The notes under the pieces were generated by a model. That model was not told the DNA's origin. It made no database searches and was given only the letters and a program-made list of their open reading frames with translations. A DNA stretch of 64,000 nucleotides from Candidatus Woesearchaeota archaeon CG10_big_fil_rev_8_21_14_0_10_45_16 (GTDB lineage: Archaea; Nanobdellota; Nanobdellia; Woesearchaeales; GW2011-AR9), in the NCBI GenBank assembly GCA_002762785.1, contig PCXY01000005.1, positions 392,849 through 456,848 on the forward strand, in the 5' to 3' direction. Below, in pieces: positions 1 to 10,155 of the stretch; within the stretch, counting starts at the first letter, position 1, and the number at the start of each line of letters is the position of its first letter. A program made the translations under genes and the position numbers.

Positions 1-1
1 G

Positions 2-2431
2 TTCCACAACAAGCCTTTCAAGAAGTCGGCCCGTATCGTCGGAGAAGTTCTCGGCAAGTATCATCCTCATGGTGACACTGCAGTCTATGATTCTTTAGTT
101 AGGATGGCTCAGGATTTCAGCCTTCGCTATCCTCTTATCAAAGGGCAGGGAAACTTTGGTTCTATCGACGGTGATTCCGCGGCAGCTATGAGATACACGG
201 AAGCAAAATTCAGCAAGATCGCTGAAGAGATGCTCAAAGACATCGAAAAAGAGACGGTTGATTTTCAGGACAACTTCGACGGTTCGTTGAAAGAGCCGAA
301 GGTCCTTCCTTCCAAGATCCCTAATTTGCTGGTCAACGGTTCTTCTGGGATAGCTGTCGGCATGGCTACCAACATCCCGCCGCACAACCTAGTGGAGGTC
401 TGTGACGGGGCCATCTCTCTCATCGATAATCCAGATATAACTGTCCCTGAGCTGATGCAGATCATCCCTGCTCCTGATTTCCCGACGGCCGGTCAGGTGA
501 CCTCCGGCAACAGCCTTCTCCATGCTTATACCAAAGGCCGTGGCAAAGTCATCATCAAAGCCGTCACCAACATGGAAGGTGACAGCATCATCGTCACCGA
601 GATACCATACCAAGTCAATAAAGAAGATCTTATCAAACAGATCGCTGACCTGGTCAGGGACAAGACCATTCCGGGTATCCGTAACATCAATGATGAATCA
701 GACCGAGAAGGTATCCGTATCGTCATCGACCTCAAACGCGATACCGACTCTAACGTTGTCCTGAACCAACTGTTCAAGCACAGCCGTCTAAAGGTCACGT
801 TCGGTCTCAATCTTCTGGCGCTGGTAGATAACCAGCCGAAGCTTCTTGGCCTTAAAGAACTGCTTCAGTATCATATCGATCACCGCGGTGTTGTCATCAG
901 ACGCCGTACCCAGTATGAACTTGACCAGGCTCAGAAGAGAGTCCATGTTCTGGAAGGGTTATTGATCGCTATCGACAATATTGATGCCGTGATCGCCGGA
1001 ATCAAGCAAAGCCGCACCGTCGATGATGCCCGGCAGTTCCTGATGGGAACATATTCTCTTAGTGAGATCCAGGCTAAAGCGATCCTGGAATTGCGTCTTC
1101 AGAAGCTGGCGGCCCTGGAGCAGGACAAGACCAGGCAGGAACACCAAGAGCTGTTGGAAAAGATCAAGACTTACCAAGAGATCCTCGCTTCCGACCAAAA
1201 AGTCTTTGACCTTATCAAAGAAGAGCTGGAAGAGATGAAAGCCAATTATGGTGATAAGCGCCGTTCTCAGATCATCCAGGGAGAGGATGAAGACATCGAT
1301 CTGGAAGAGCTTATCGAGGAAGAGACAGTCATCGTCACCATCACCAATTCCGGCTATGTCAAGCGCATCCCGTTAGATACTTACAAGACCCAGAACAGGG
1401 GCGGCAAAGGCGTCCGCGCTGCCGGCATGAAAGATGAGGATTTCGTTGAGAAATTATATATCAGTTCCACTCACGATTATCTGCTGTTCTTCACGGATAA
1501 AGGCCAGGTCTACTGGCAGAAAGTGTACTATCTTCCAGAAGGCAGTCGTCAGGCAAAAGGCAAACATATAGCCAACTTGCTGGAGATGGCTGAAGGAGAA
1601 AAGATAACTGCCGTCATCCCGGTCCGTGACTTTAAAGAGGGGTATCTGTTCATGGCTACCCGCAATGGTACCGTGAAGAAGAGCGAACTGCAGGACTTTT
1701 CAAGGCCAAGAAAAGGCGGCATCAGGGCCATCACTCTTGATGATGATGATTCCCTGGTCGGCGTGAAATACACGACTGGCGACAAGGAGATCATCCTGGC
1801 AACTGAGAAAGGCCGTGCTAATCGCTTCAATGAGAAAGCGGTGCGTTCGATGGGCCGGACGGCTCGCGGGGTAAGGGGCATCCGTCTTGATTCCGCTGAT
1901 AAAGTTGTAGGTATGCTGGCCGTAGATGAAGGAACTGAAATATTAACTTTGACCGTGAAGGGGTATGGTAAAAGGACACCTATCGCCGATTATCGCCTTT
2001 GTAACCGTGGCGGCAAAGGTGTAACAAACATCAAGATCACTGAAAAAAATGGGCCGGTCAAGACGGTCATGGTAGTCGACGGTTCAGAAGAGCTGATGCT
2101 GGTATCTCAGCAGGGCATCGCTATCAGGATTAGATGCAGCGGCGTCTCCGTCATCGGCAGGGCTACTCAAGGTGTTCGGGTGATGCGCCTCAATGACGGC
2201 GATAAGCTGGCTGCGGCTGCCAAGATCTTTGTCGAAGAAGGCGATGAATCTCCAGCCGTGCCTTTGGAAGAAGTACCCTCGGCTGAAAGTGAGGATGAGG
2301 AGCTGGATGAGGAGCTGGAAGAAGAGCCTCTGGATGATGAGGAAGATGGTGATGCTGGAGAAGAAGATTCTAGCGTTGACGATGATCTGCCTGATGAAGA
2401 GGATGATGAAGAGCGGGAACCGTCCGAATAA
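2..2431 (+). CDS. gyrA: DNA gyrase subunit A (5' end outside the window)
   Basis: Frame is open from base 2 ([30 protein letters not shown]). AAMRYTE catalytic Tyr motif, GyrA-box QNRGGKG, beta-pinwheel repeats and an acidic tail. Confidence 0.97.
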   Translation, partial: FHNKPFKKSARIVGEVLGKYHPHGDTAVYDSLVRMAQDFSLRYPLIKGQGNFGSIDGDSAAAMRYTEAKFSKIAEEMLKDIEKETVDFQDNFDGSLKEPKVLPSKIPNLLVNGSSGIAVGMATNIPPHNLVEVCDGAISLIDNPDITVPELMQIIPAPDFPTAGQVTSGNSLLHAYTKGRGKVIIKAVTNMEGDSIIVTEIPYQVNKEDLIKQIADLVRDKTIPGIRNINDESDREGIRIVIDLKRDTDSNVVLNQLFKHSRLKVTFGLNLLALVDNQPKLLGLKELLQYHIDHRGVVIRRRTQYELDQAQKRVHVLEGLLIAIDNIDAVIAGIKQSRTVDDARQFLMGTYSLSEIQAKAILELRLQKLAALEQDKTRQEHQELLEKIKTYQEILASDQKVFDLIKEELEEMKANYGDKRRSQIIQGEDEDIDLEELIEEETVIVTITNSGYVKRIPLDTYKTQNRGGKGVRAAGMKDEDFVEKLYISSTHDYLLFFTDKGQVYWQKVYYLPEGSRQAKGKHIANLLEMAEGEKITAVIPVRDFKEGYLFMATRNGTVKKSELQDFSRPRKGGIRAITLDDDDSLVGVKYTTGDKEIILATEKGRANRFNEKAVRSMGRTARGVRGIRLDSADKVVGMLAVDEGTEILTLTVKGYGKRTPIADYRLCNRGGKGVTNIKITEKNGPVKTVMVVDGSEELMLVSQQGIAIRIRCSGVSVIGRATQGVRVMRLNDGDKLAAAAKIFVEEGDESPAVPLEEVPSAESEDEELDEELEEEPLDDEEDGDAGEEDSSVDDDLPDEEDDEEREPSE

Positions 2432-2487
2432 AAATTATTAAGAATTATTAAGATTTTTTTAAGATATTTTTATAAAACCGCTTTCAA

Positions 2488-3567
2488 ATGGCTTCTGTTA
2501 TGGAACTGTATGGTATTGTCAATCCAGGGATAGAACAGTTGGCTTCTGCTGAAGTGGAGGAGTTATGCAAAGCTAAAGTGGATGTATCGCCGTCCGTCAT
2601 CTCATTTAAGATCAAAGACCAAGAGTTCTGCCATTACCTTTCTCACGCTCAGGCACCCCGCAGGATCCTGGCGGCTCTTGGCCGTGCTGAGAACATCGAA
2701 ACGTTCTCGTTTACTGATGTTGATTGGAAAAACTTATTTCCAGAGGGCCGATCGTTCAAGATTGAAGTAGAGAACGTCAAAGGCCAGGACAATCGCTTTC
2801 GGATCGCCAAACAGGTCGGCGGCAAGCTGTTCCCACTGCTCGAAAAGAATCATATAAACGGCAAATTGGAATTGAAGAGACCTGACTTTTTAGTGGTCGT
2901 CTTCTACAACGGCGAAGAATATTTCGTCGGCATCCAACATACAGTGGAAGAACATAACTCTCGTGGTTACCGTATCTTCCCGCATTCGGGATCGTTCAAA
3001 GGCGATTTTGCCTATTTCTTTGTCAGGAAAGCTGGTTTCAATAAAGATGGCAAACTACTAGTGGGTTTCCTTAAGGACGGGGTCATGGCTATTGAAGCTG
3101 CCCTTTTTGCATCAGGGAAACAAGTTACGGACGTGTCTTCATTGTCATACTTGCCGTTCTATCAGGGGCCGAAGGATGGGGCAAGAAAAGACGAGGTAAA
3201 GGAAAGTTTCGTCATCGCCGCTTTCGACCACTCCATCCAGAATGTTACTGCTTCCAGGAAAAACGCCAAGCTAGCCGCTGTGCATGAGGAGATAGATGTC
3301 CAGAAACTGTCGCTGGAAGATCTCGACGTACGCTTCGGCGAAGATTCATTTGATTCTGCTATCTTTCACGTCACCTCTAAAGATGAGGACAGTATCAACG
3401 AGATTTATTACCAAGCTTCTTATGTTCTTAAGTCGGGGGGCCGGCTGCTACTGATAGCTCGTGAACAGGCTGGCTTTTCTATCTCTGACAAGTTCGAGCT
3501 GAAAGAAGAAGGTCTTCTGCAGAAGGGGGACAGTATCCATAAGTACTGGCTGCTCGAAAAACGCTAG
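2488..3567 (+). CDS. THUMP-domain Trm14/RlmL-like RNA methyltransferase homologue with degenerate SAM motifs
   Basis: THUMP-like N-terminal half, RGYR motif, IEAAL and a Rossmann-like C-terminal half. DPMCGSGT and NPPY motifs are absent. Confidence 0.7.
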   Translation: MASVMELYGIVNPGIEQLASAEVEELCKAKVDVSPSVISFKIKDQEFCHYLSHAQAPRRILAALGRAENIETFSFTDVDWKNLFPEGRSFKIEVENVKGQDNRFRIAKQVGGKLFPLLEKNHINGKLELKRPDFLVVVFYNGEEYFVGIQHTVEEHNSRGYRIFPHSGSFKGDFAYFFVRKAGFNKDGKLLVGFLKDGVMAIEAALFASGKQVTDVSSLSYLPFYQGPKDGARKDEVKESFVIAAFDHSIQNVTASRKNAKLAAVHEEIDVQKLSLEDLDVRFGEDSFDSAIFHVTSKDEDSINEIYYQASYVLKSGGRLLLIAREQAGFSISDKFELKEEGLLQKGDSIHKYWLLEKR

Positions 3568-3570
3568 AGG

Positions 3571-3609
3571 CCAGACCGCACGTACGCTAGACCGCACGTA
3601 CGCCAGACC
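3571..3609. repeat. 16-bp tandem repeat, about 2.4 copies (C[C/T]AGACCGCACGTACG)
   Basis: Directly visible in the intergenic sequence. Confidence 0.9.
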
Positions 3610-3645
3610 AAATCTTTTATATACTTGTTTTTTCTCTTTATAGAT

Positions 3646-4398
3646 ATGGTCTCGCCAGTAGAGTTTCGCGCCAGGATCGCTGACTTTTATCGTTTCTCTA
3701 AAGAGGAGCTTATCGGTCTGTTGGCGGCGGTCCTCTTTGCTGGTTTTATCTTCTCGTTCCGCGACTGGGGTGATCAGCAGTTTGATCTGGTCATCGGTCT
3801 GATCCATCTGTTTACGATGTTTTCCATCGCCTTCTTAAGTTTCTGGGTGCATCTTTCCTGTCAGAAACTATACGGGTTAAGCCAAGGTTATCTGGTGGAG
3901 TTCCGCTTATGGTGGACAGGCTTGTTCATCTCGCTGATCTTCGCTTTCTTTAGCTTTGGTTACATCCCTTTAGTGCTTATCGGCGGCGTCTTCGCTTCAT
4001 TCATGGTGCGTCAGCGCTTGGGGGAGTTCAGATATGGTTTCAGCTATCCTGAGAACGGCATCATCGCCATGTGGGGGCCTTTAGGCAACTTGATATTGGC
4101 TATCTTCTTCGCTATCGGTGCTTATGCCTTGCCGCAGAATTATTTTTTCCATAAAGGGTTGATCTTCAATTTGATCATGGCCGGCTGTAGTTTGATCCCG
4201 CTGCCGCAGCTTGACGGCCTATCAGTCTATTTTGGTTCTCGTTTTTGGTACCTGGTGATGATCATTGCCGTCGGATTGTCAGTTATATTGCTATGGCTCC
4301 TGCCTCAGGTTGGACTGGGAAAATTCGGGTTGATAACGGCTGTAGTCATCGCCGTCATCGTCAGTATCGTAACTTTACTGGTGAGTTCTGAAAAATGA
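3646..4398 (+). CDS. Site-2 protease (M50)-like membrane protein, probably non-catalytic
   Basis: Multiple TM helices, GPLGNL and SLIPLPQLDG motifs. HExxH is replaced by HLSCQ. Start set at ATG 3646. Confidence 0.7.
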   Translation: MVSPVEFRARIADFYRFSKEELIGLLAAVLFAGFIFSFRDWGDQQFDLVIGLIHLFTMFSIAFLSFWVHLSCQKLYGLSQGYLVEFRLWWTGLFISLIFAFFSFGYIPLVLIGGVFASFMVRQRLGEFRYGFSYPENGIIAMWGPLGNLILAIFFAIGAYALPQNYFFHKGLIFNLIMAGCSLIPLPQLDGLSVYFGSRFWYLVMIIAVGLSVILLWLLPQVGLGKFGLITAVVIAVIVSIVTLLVSSEK

Positions 4399-4742
4399 CA
4401 GCTATCAAATGGGAAGATCAATGGCCGGAAGTGTTTACGTTCTTCCTGTTAGTGCTCGGTTTCCTCATCTCGGTCTTCGTCAGGAGCGCTGCATTCAGTT
4501 ACATCACTATCTTTTTTGCCGGCGCCGTAGCGGCCAGGGGATTTTACATGCGGCGTTATAAAGAACCGATCCTGCCCTTCATCCTGTTGATCATCGGTTT
4601 CCTCATCGGCTACCTGGCTGGCTCTATCTGGGCCAATCGCTTCCTGGCTTTGCTGTTGTTCCTGATCGGTTTTGGACTGTCATATTATCTACATCTGAAA
4701 AAAATCATCACAATCTTTAAAAGTAAGTCTTTCATTAAGTAG
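4395..4742 (+). CDS. Hypothetical 4-TM membrane protein
   Basis: ATGA overlap with the upstream gene; hydrophobic helices. Confidence 0.8.
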   Translation: MTAIKWEDQWPEVFTFFLLVLGFLISVFVRSAAFSYITIFFAGAVAARGFYMRRYKEPILPFILLIIGFLIGYLAGSIWANRFLALLLFLIGFGLSYYLHLKKIITIFKSKSFIK

Positions 4743-4745
4743 GTA

Positions 4746-5048
4746 ATGGAAAAAACTTTCTCCGCCAAAAGCGTTGTGGTAAGCCGCAAGCCGGGCAAGG
4801 ACCGTGACGGCCCCTGGAGCGCATTCATCGGCTTATTTGATGAAAACAATCCCCATCTTAAAGGTAAGGCTCCTTTTGAAGTGTTGGACATCCCTGGCGT
4901 GGAGAAGGTGCGTATCCATGAGCTTCGTAATATCTCTTATTACCTTTTAGGGAACGATATTGTCATCAACAACCTTAAGAAGGTAACTATCGCCAAAGAG
5001 AAAGATATCGTGACCCTTACTGGAAAACAAGATCTGCCTAGCGACTGA
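4746..5048 (+). CDS. Hypothetical protein
   Basis: Operonic spacing and natural composition. Confidence 0.75.
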   Translation: MEKTFSAKSVVVSRKPGKDRDGPWSAFIGLFDENNPHLKGKAPFEVLDIPGVEKVRIHELRNISYYLLGNDIVINNLKKVTIAKEKDIVTLTGKQDLPSD

Positions 5049-5751
5049 AACCGTTTCCGGTGATTACAGTCCCTAGCGAATCGCCGGCTCTGGTAATGCT
5101 CAATACTTTTATAAGAGAACCGCAATGGCTTCCTGGCGATTCTGTGTAGATCCCTCGAATCTTCATGAATGAGGGTCCCGGTTTTTCTCCTCGCTGTCTG
5201 CTTCGCGCTTTTTCGATCAATCTAATAATATTGGGATCCATCTCCTTATCTCTTAATTTATATGTCCACCAGAATTCGACATCCCTAGTATAAGATCCGA
5301 TAGTCCCTATCAGGTTCCTGTCGTCAGGATCTATCCTATCGGGATTGACCATTCCCTCAACTTCTATAGGTGTGTTGTAAAGAATAGTTTTCTTCCAAAG
5401 ATCTTGTAAAGTTACGTTTCTGACGATAATTGTATCTCCGATATTTCTAAATTGTTGAACTCTCAGAAAATATCTCTCTCCAATATCTGCATGAGGCCGC
5501 CAGAGCCCTTCTGCTTCTACGAGACGGTGGGGGTTTGGATTTTCTGCTGTGGATGTTGGAGAGCGAACATATTCAGTATCGATGAAAACGCCATTTTCTT
5601 CCAATCTCCCAAGAAACTTCAATCCCCTATTATGCCTACATTGAGAACGAGGCACATAGATACCAGAAACTCTAACATAAGGCCTTCCAGCTATCTCTCT
5701 ATTGACAAGCTGGCTTAATCCCACTTGCTGTGGTTCTGGTTTTCTATACAT
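5038..5751 (-). CDS. Orphan hypothetical protein
   Basis: 237-aa ORF with a TATA-like element upstream on the minus strand; no recognisable motif. Confidence 0.7.
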   Translation of the reverse strand: MYRKPEPQQVGLSQLVNREIAGRPYVRVSGIYVPRSQCRHNRGLKFLGRLEENGVFIDTEYVRSPTSTAENPNPHRLVEAEGLWRPHADIGERYFLRVQQFRNIGDTIIVRNVTLQDLWKKTILYNTPIEVEGMVNPDRIDPDDRNLIGTIGSYTRDVEFWWTYKLRDKEMDPNIIRLIEKARSRQRGEKPGPSFMKIRGIYTESPGSHCGSLIKVLSITRAGDSLGTVITGNGFSR

Positions 5752-5861
5752 GATAACACCAAATGACTTTTTCTTTATAAATATTTTCTCAGTAATTACT
5801 CTAGAGTGGTGTTCTGTTCAGCAAGCTAAAATCTTTTAAATCCAGCGAATCTTGAAAGAAG

Positions 5862-8060
5862 ATGATCCGCGATTTCTCACCTCGCTTATATCAGCAGACT
5901 ATCTTAGGCACGGCCGCCAGCAAAAACACTATGGTGGTGCTGCCGACGGGGATGGGAAAGACCGCTTTAGCCTTTCTGATGGCAGCCCAAAGGCTTAGCC
6001 AGTATCCTGATTCTAAAATTTTGATGCTGGCCCCGACCAAACCGTTGTGTGAACAGCACGTGGTCACGTTGCAGAAACATCTTACTATCCCCGAAGAGAA
6101 GATCGTCTTGTTCACCGGCAGCGTCAAGCCGGAAAAGCGTGCAGAGTTATGGAAAGAAGCTGCTGTCATCGTCAGCACACCGCAAGGGCTGGAGAATGAT
6201 GCCATCAATAAAAGAGTAAAATTAGAAGAGGTCAGCTGCCTGATCTTTGATGAAGCGCATCATGCGACGGGAGAGTATGCCTACGTCTGGCTGGCGTCAT
6301 ATTATGAAAAGGTCTGCCGTTTTCCTCGCATCCTGGCTCTTACCGCGTCTCCCGGCAGCGACATGGAGAAGATAAAAGAAGTCTGCCAGAACCTGCACAT
6401 CGAACGGGTGGAAGTCCGCACCGACAAAGATCATGATGTGGCACCGTATGTTCAGAAACTGGATGTGCAATGGGAAGAAGTTGATTTTCCGGAAGAATTC
6501 AAAAAGGTGCAGAAGTCATTGCAGGAATGCCGCAAGAGCAAGCTGCTGGAAGCGCAGACTCTGGGTCACTGCCGCAGCGCTGACTGTACTAAAGGCGAGC
6601 TGCTGCAATTACAGGGAGCGTTGCAGAGAGAGATATCCCAGGGAGAAAGAGATTTTGCCGTTTTACGTTCTATCTCGTTGATTGCGGAAGCGTTGAAAGT
6701 GGAGCATGGTCTTGAGCTGCTGGAATCACAAGGTATCCAGCAGACTTTTGATTACCTTAAGAAGATCCAGGCGGAATCGCTGACGAGCAAGGTCAAGGCC
6801 GTCAAGAACCTGGTGATGGATCCAAAGTTTAAAGAGGCGCTTTTCTTGGCGGAAGAGATCGTCAATAAAGATATCCATCATCCGAAGCTGGCCAGGATGC
6901 AGGGGATACTCCTCGAAGTGCTGCGTGAAATGCCAGATGCTAAGATCATCATCTTCACCCAGTTCCGAGATTCTGCCCAGGCTATTGTCGGAAAGTTGGA
7001 CGAACTGCGCATCAGCAACCATGTATTTTTTGGCCAAGCTAAGAAGAACGGCGTCGGCTTCTCTCAGAAACAACAGAAAGAGATCTTGGAAAAGTTCAGC
7101 AACGGCGGATTTAGTGTATTGGTAGCTACCTCGGTCGCGGAAGAAGGTTTGGACATCCCTAAAGTTGACAAGGTCATGTTCTACGAGCCAGTGCCGTCTG
7201 CCATCCGGGCTATCCAGCGTCGAGGCAGGACTGGAAGGCTGGAGAAAGGTCAGGTGACAGTGCTATTGACAAAAGGTACCAGAGATGAAGCGTATCGATG
7301 GGCTTCTCACCACAAGGAAAAACGGATGTATCGCAACCTGGAAAAACTGAAGAAAGAATTTTCTTTCCTTCATGAAAAACCCAAGACGACCTTGCAGCAA
7401 TTTATCCCTCGGGATACAGTGGTGGCTGTTCTGGCGGATCATCGCGAGAAGAATAATCGTATCGTCAAAGAGCTGATCGACCTAGGGGTTTCTGTCAAGA
7501 CCGGACAGCTGGAAAGCGCCGATTACGTCCTTTCCGGAAAAGTCGGTGTGGAGTTGAAGAAAGTTCCTGATTTTGTAGCTTCGATAATAGACGGGAGGTT
7601 GTTAGAACAGGTACGTGTTCTAAAAAGAAGTTTTGAGAAAGCGGTCCTGGTCATCGAGGGAGAAGAAGATATCTATGCTCTGCGTAAGGTCCATGCTAAT
7701 GCCATCAGGGGGATGCTGGCCTCCATCGTGCTGGATTTCGGCGTTCCTATCCTTTATACCAAAAGCCCTCTTGATACTGCTTCGTTACTAGCCGTGATGG
7801 CCAAACGCGAACAGAATAAAGATTCCGATTTTACTTATCATCCAGCCAAACCACGGTCTGCCAGAGAACAGCAGGAATTTATCGTGTCGGCCTTTCCGAC
7901 GATCGGCCCGTTAACTTCTCGGAGGTTGCTGGAGCATTTCGGTTCTGTCAAGAATTTAGTGAACGCGTCTCAGGAAGATCTGGTCGCTCTAGAGGGCATT
8001 GGCGAGAAGACAGCTTCTTTACTGGTAGAGATGTTCGAGAAGAAATACGAAAAGAAGTGA
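5862..8060 (+). CDS. hef: Hef helicase/XPF(ERCC4) nuclease
   Basis: PTGMGKT, DEAH, LTASPG and QRRGRTGR helicase motifs; C-terminal ADY..VELK..D nuclease domain with HhH. Confidence 0.95.
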   Translation: MIRDFSPRLYQQTILGTAASKNTMVVLPTGMGKTALAFLMAAQRLSQYPDSKILMLAPTKPLCEQHVVTLQKHLTIPEEKIVLFTGSVKPEKRAELWKEAAVIVSTPQGLENDAINKRVKLEEVSCLIFDEAHHATGEYAYVWLASYYEKVCRFPRILALTASPGSDMEKIKEVCQNLHIERVEVRTDKDHDVAPYVQKLDVQWEEVDFPEEFKKVQKSLQECRKSKLLEAQTLGHCRSADCTKGELLQLQGALQREISQGERDFAVLRSISLIAEALKVEHGLELLESQGIQQTFDYLKKIQAESLTSKVKAVKNLVMDPKFKEALFLAEEIVNKDIHHPKLARMQGILLEVLREMPDAKIIIFTQFRDSAQAIVGKLDELRISNHVFFGQAKKNGVGFSQKQQKEILEKFSNGGFSVLVATSVAEEGLDIPKVDKVMFYEPVPSAIRAIQRRGRTGRLEKGQVTVLLTKGTRDEAYRWASHHKEKRMYRNLEKLKKEFSFLHEKPKTTLQQFIPRDTVVAVLADHREKNNRIVKELIDLGVSVKTGQLESADYVLSGKVGVELKKVPDFVASIIDGRLLEQVRVLKRSFEKAVLVIEGEEDIYALRKVHANAIRGMLASIVLDFGVPILYTKSPLDTASLLAVMAKREQNKDSDFTYHPAKPRSAREQQEFIVSAFPTIGPLTSRRLLEHFGSVKNLVNASQEDLVALEGIGEKTASLLVEMFEKKYEKK

Positions 8061-8071
8061 AAGAAGTAACT

Positions 8072-8800
8072 TCACTTCATCCTGCCGGTCTGCCAGTCTT
8101 TCAAGATAGACCTGCTGGCTGCTTCCAGATCAGGCTCGCCGCCTTTCTGCAGTCGTTTCAGCCTGAAAGCGACCGCTTCCAATATCTCTTCAGCATCTTC
8201 ACCTTCTACACCATAATATTTTTTAACTTTCTCCGGCATCTCCTCGATCAGGTTGAGAGCGACGCTTTCAGGATCTTTTACTTTACTATAGCCGATGGCG
8301 CCGATGCGTCCGTGCTTTATCTCATCTTTCTCCATATGAGGATAGACGCCGGGAGTATCCAAGACCATGATCTTATTGTCTACTTTGATCTTCTGCATCC
8401 CTTTGGTGAAACCGCTTTCAGAAGAAGTCCTTGCTGCTCCCCTTCCGGCTAAGGCATTTATCAGCGATGATTTTCCGACGTTGGGGTAGCCGACAACACC
8501 GACCACGACAGATTCTCCCTTCGATAGTTCAAGAATCTTCTTCTTAAGGATGGTCGTTCCCAACTTTTCCTTGCCGGAGATGAAGACAGCCGGCTTTAAG
8601 GACTGCAGCCTTTTCTTCAGCTTGCTGACATCGACCAGGTCGCATTTGGTGACACCGTAGAGTAAGATTTTGCCTTTCGCCCTGATTTTCTTCTCGATCT
8701 CTTCGTTCCTCGTCTCTTCGATCATCCGCGCATCGATCACTTCGATGATGATTTCGGCCATGTCCATGACCTTGTTGACGTGTCGCCAGAAAGAAGGCAT
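8072..8800 (-). CDS. Circularly permuted ribosome-biogenesis GTPase (RbgA/YlqF family)
   Basis: DAR, then G4 TKCD before G1 GYPNVGKS and G3 DTPG. Start set at MPSFW. Confidence 0.9.
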   Translation of the reverse strand: MPSFWRHVNKVMDMAEIIIEVIDARMIEETRNEEIEKKIRAKGKILLYGVTKCDLVDVSKLKKRLQSLKPAVFISGKEKLGTTILKKKILELSKGESVVVGVVGYPNVGKSSLINALAGRGAARTSSESGFTKGMQKIKVDNKIMVLDTPGVYPHMEKDEIKHGRIGAIGYSKVKDPESVALNLIEEMPEKVKKYYGVEGEDAEEILEAVAFRLKRLQKGGEPDLEAASRSILKDWQTGRMK

Positions 8801-8852
8801 TATCGGCTGGTGTATACACAAATTTATAAACATTCCTTCCAAAGATGAGGAT

Positions 8853-9149
8853 ATGGCTTTTTCGAAGACGTTTCCGCGGAAAGTGATGGAGAACGCGCCT
8901 CCGGTCTGGGAAGAGATACGTCTCTCCGATGAAGAGGAACAGCAGGTGGAAGAAGAGTGCCGGCGGGCTAACTTTCAGCTGTTGGATGAATGTCTGGAGG
9001 AAGCCAAGTCGCTGGGTATCAAGCACCGTATCAACACCGATGAGAATCAAGTCTCGCTGGCAATCGCTTTATTTGAGAAAAGAGCATCACACGTGGTCTT
9101 CTGGAAAGAGAGCAAGACTAAAGAGAAATTTGATAAACAGTATAAGTGA
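8853..9149 (+). CDS. Hypothetical protein (MAFSKTFP...)
   Basis: ATG 8853 follows TTTATAAA and GAGG; divergent from the GTPase. Confidence 0.8.
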   Translation: MAFSKTFPRKVMENAPPVWEEIRLSDEEEQQVEEECRRANFQLLDECLEEAKSLGIKHRINTDENQVSLAIALFEKRASHVVFWKESKTKEKFDKQYK

Positions 9150-9596
9150 TCATCGCTTCTTGCTCTTAGAATATTTCCTGAGGAATTTGTCGAAAGCTTC
9201 TACCTCTTTACGGGTGTTGAAGAACAATACATGTTTCTCACCATCTTTAGTGATGACATAACCGCCTAAGAAGAAATGATCCACTTTGTGCTGGATGATA
9301 CTCTTTAATGGGACTTTATGCTTTTTCCGCTTATTGCGGCTCTTCTTATGAATCTCTAAGTGTGAAGATGTGAGATGATACTTCTCTTCTGCCTGTCTGA
9401 TCATCATCACTAAGTATGATATCAAAGCATAGAGGCCGACGAAGAAAGCTGTAAAGATGATGGTCTGCAACACTTGTTCATTCAGCTCAAAATAAGAAAA
9501 GATGAAGACCAAAACTGCCGTGAGGGCCAGAAAAGTGATCTCGATACGCATCAGGAAATTACGCGGGAAAGTCCATTGCAATGTCGTCTTTGCCAT
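9150..9596 (-). CDS. Hypothetical membrane protein (2 TM plus soluble domain)
   Basis: Hydrophobicity pattern; operonic with 9598-9798. Confidence 0.75.
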   Translation of the reverse strand: MAKTTLQWTFPRNFLMRIEITFLALTAVLVFIFSYFELNEQVLQTIIFTAFFVGLYALISYLVMMIRQAEEKYHLTSSHLEIHKKSRNKRKKHKVPLKSIIQHKVDHFFLGGYVITKDGEKHVLFFNTRKEVEAFDKFLRKYSKSKKR

Positions 9597-9597
9597 C

Positions 9598-9798
9598 TTA
9601 TTCTACCACCGGAGCCTTGCTCATGCTTATCAATGAAGCGATGAACATCAAAGCGAAGACCAGCATCAGAGCTATCCCGTAATTGATGTTTTCCGGATAG
9701 ACTAAGTATGCGCTGACAAAGAACCCTATCATAGCAAAAACCATGAAACTGCCTTTCAATGGAGCAGGTTTAGCCCAAAATCGTCTCTTTGTTGCCAT
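9598..9798 (-). CDS. Small 2-TM membrane protein
   Basis: 66 aa with two hydrophobic helices. Confidence 0.75.
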   Translation of the reverse strand: MATKRRFWAKPAPLKGSFMVFAMIGFFVSAYLVYPENINYGIALMLVFALMFIASLISMSKAPVVE

Positions 9799-9861
9799 GA
9801 CTATCTATCGCCTCTTTTGTCTTGGAGAAAGTGGTTGACGTTTTTAAAGGTTTTCCTAGCC

Positions 9862-10116
9862 TTAGTAACCAAGATGTGGTGGGTAGAGCTCGGCTTGCAC
9901 TTCTTGAGGAGGGATGCTGCTGTCTTTTCTTCGTATATTTCCTGCTAATCTTTCCATATATCCTAATAACTGTAATAAAGGATGTTCATAAGAAGGAGCA
10001 CTCACTATTGCTTTTTCATCATTATTTCTTATCAACCGTTTAGGGATCGGTAGTGGCTGAATCCTTTCTACTCCTTTCAACGGCTTGCCGCCCTGGACTA
10101 TATGATCGATACTCAT
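9862..10116 (-). CDS. Orphan hypothetical protein
   Basis: Fills the gap after trpS; ATG 10116 lies about 26 nt downstream of a TATA box. Confidence 0.5.
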   Translation of the reverse strand: MSIDHIVQGGKPLKGVERIQPLPIPKRLIRNNDEKAIVSAPSYEHPLLQLLGYMERLAGNIRRKDSSIPPQEVQAELYPPHLGY

Positions 10117-10155
10117 CTTGACCAGAATTCCGATCTCCATATTATAAAACTATCT

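Noticed and set aside
2433-2453. 10-bp tandem duplication AATTATTAAG
   Set aside because: Short AT-rich slippage in a terminator/promoter gap; no further structure.
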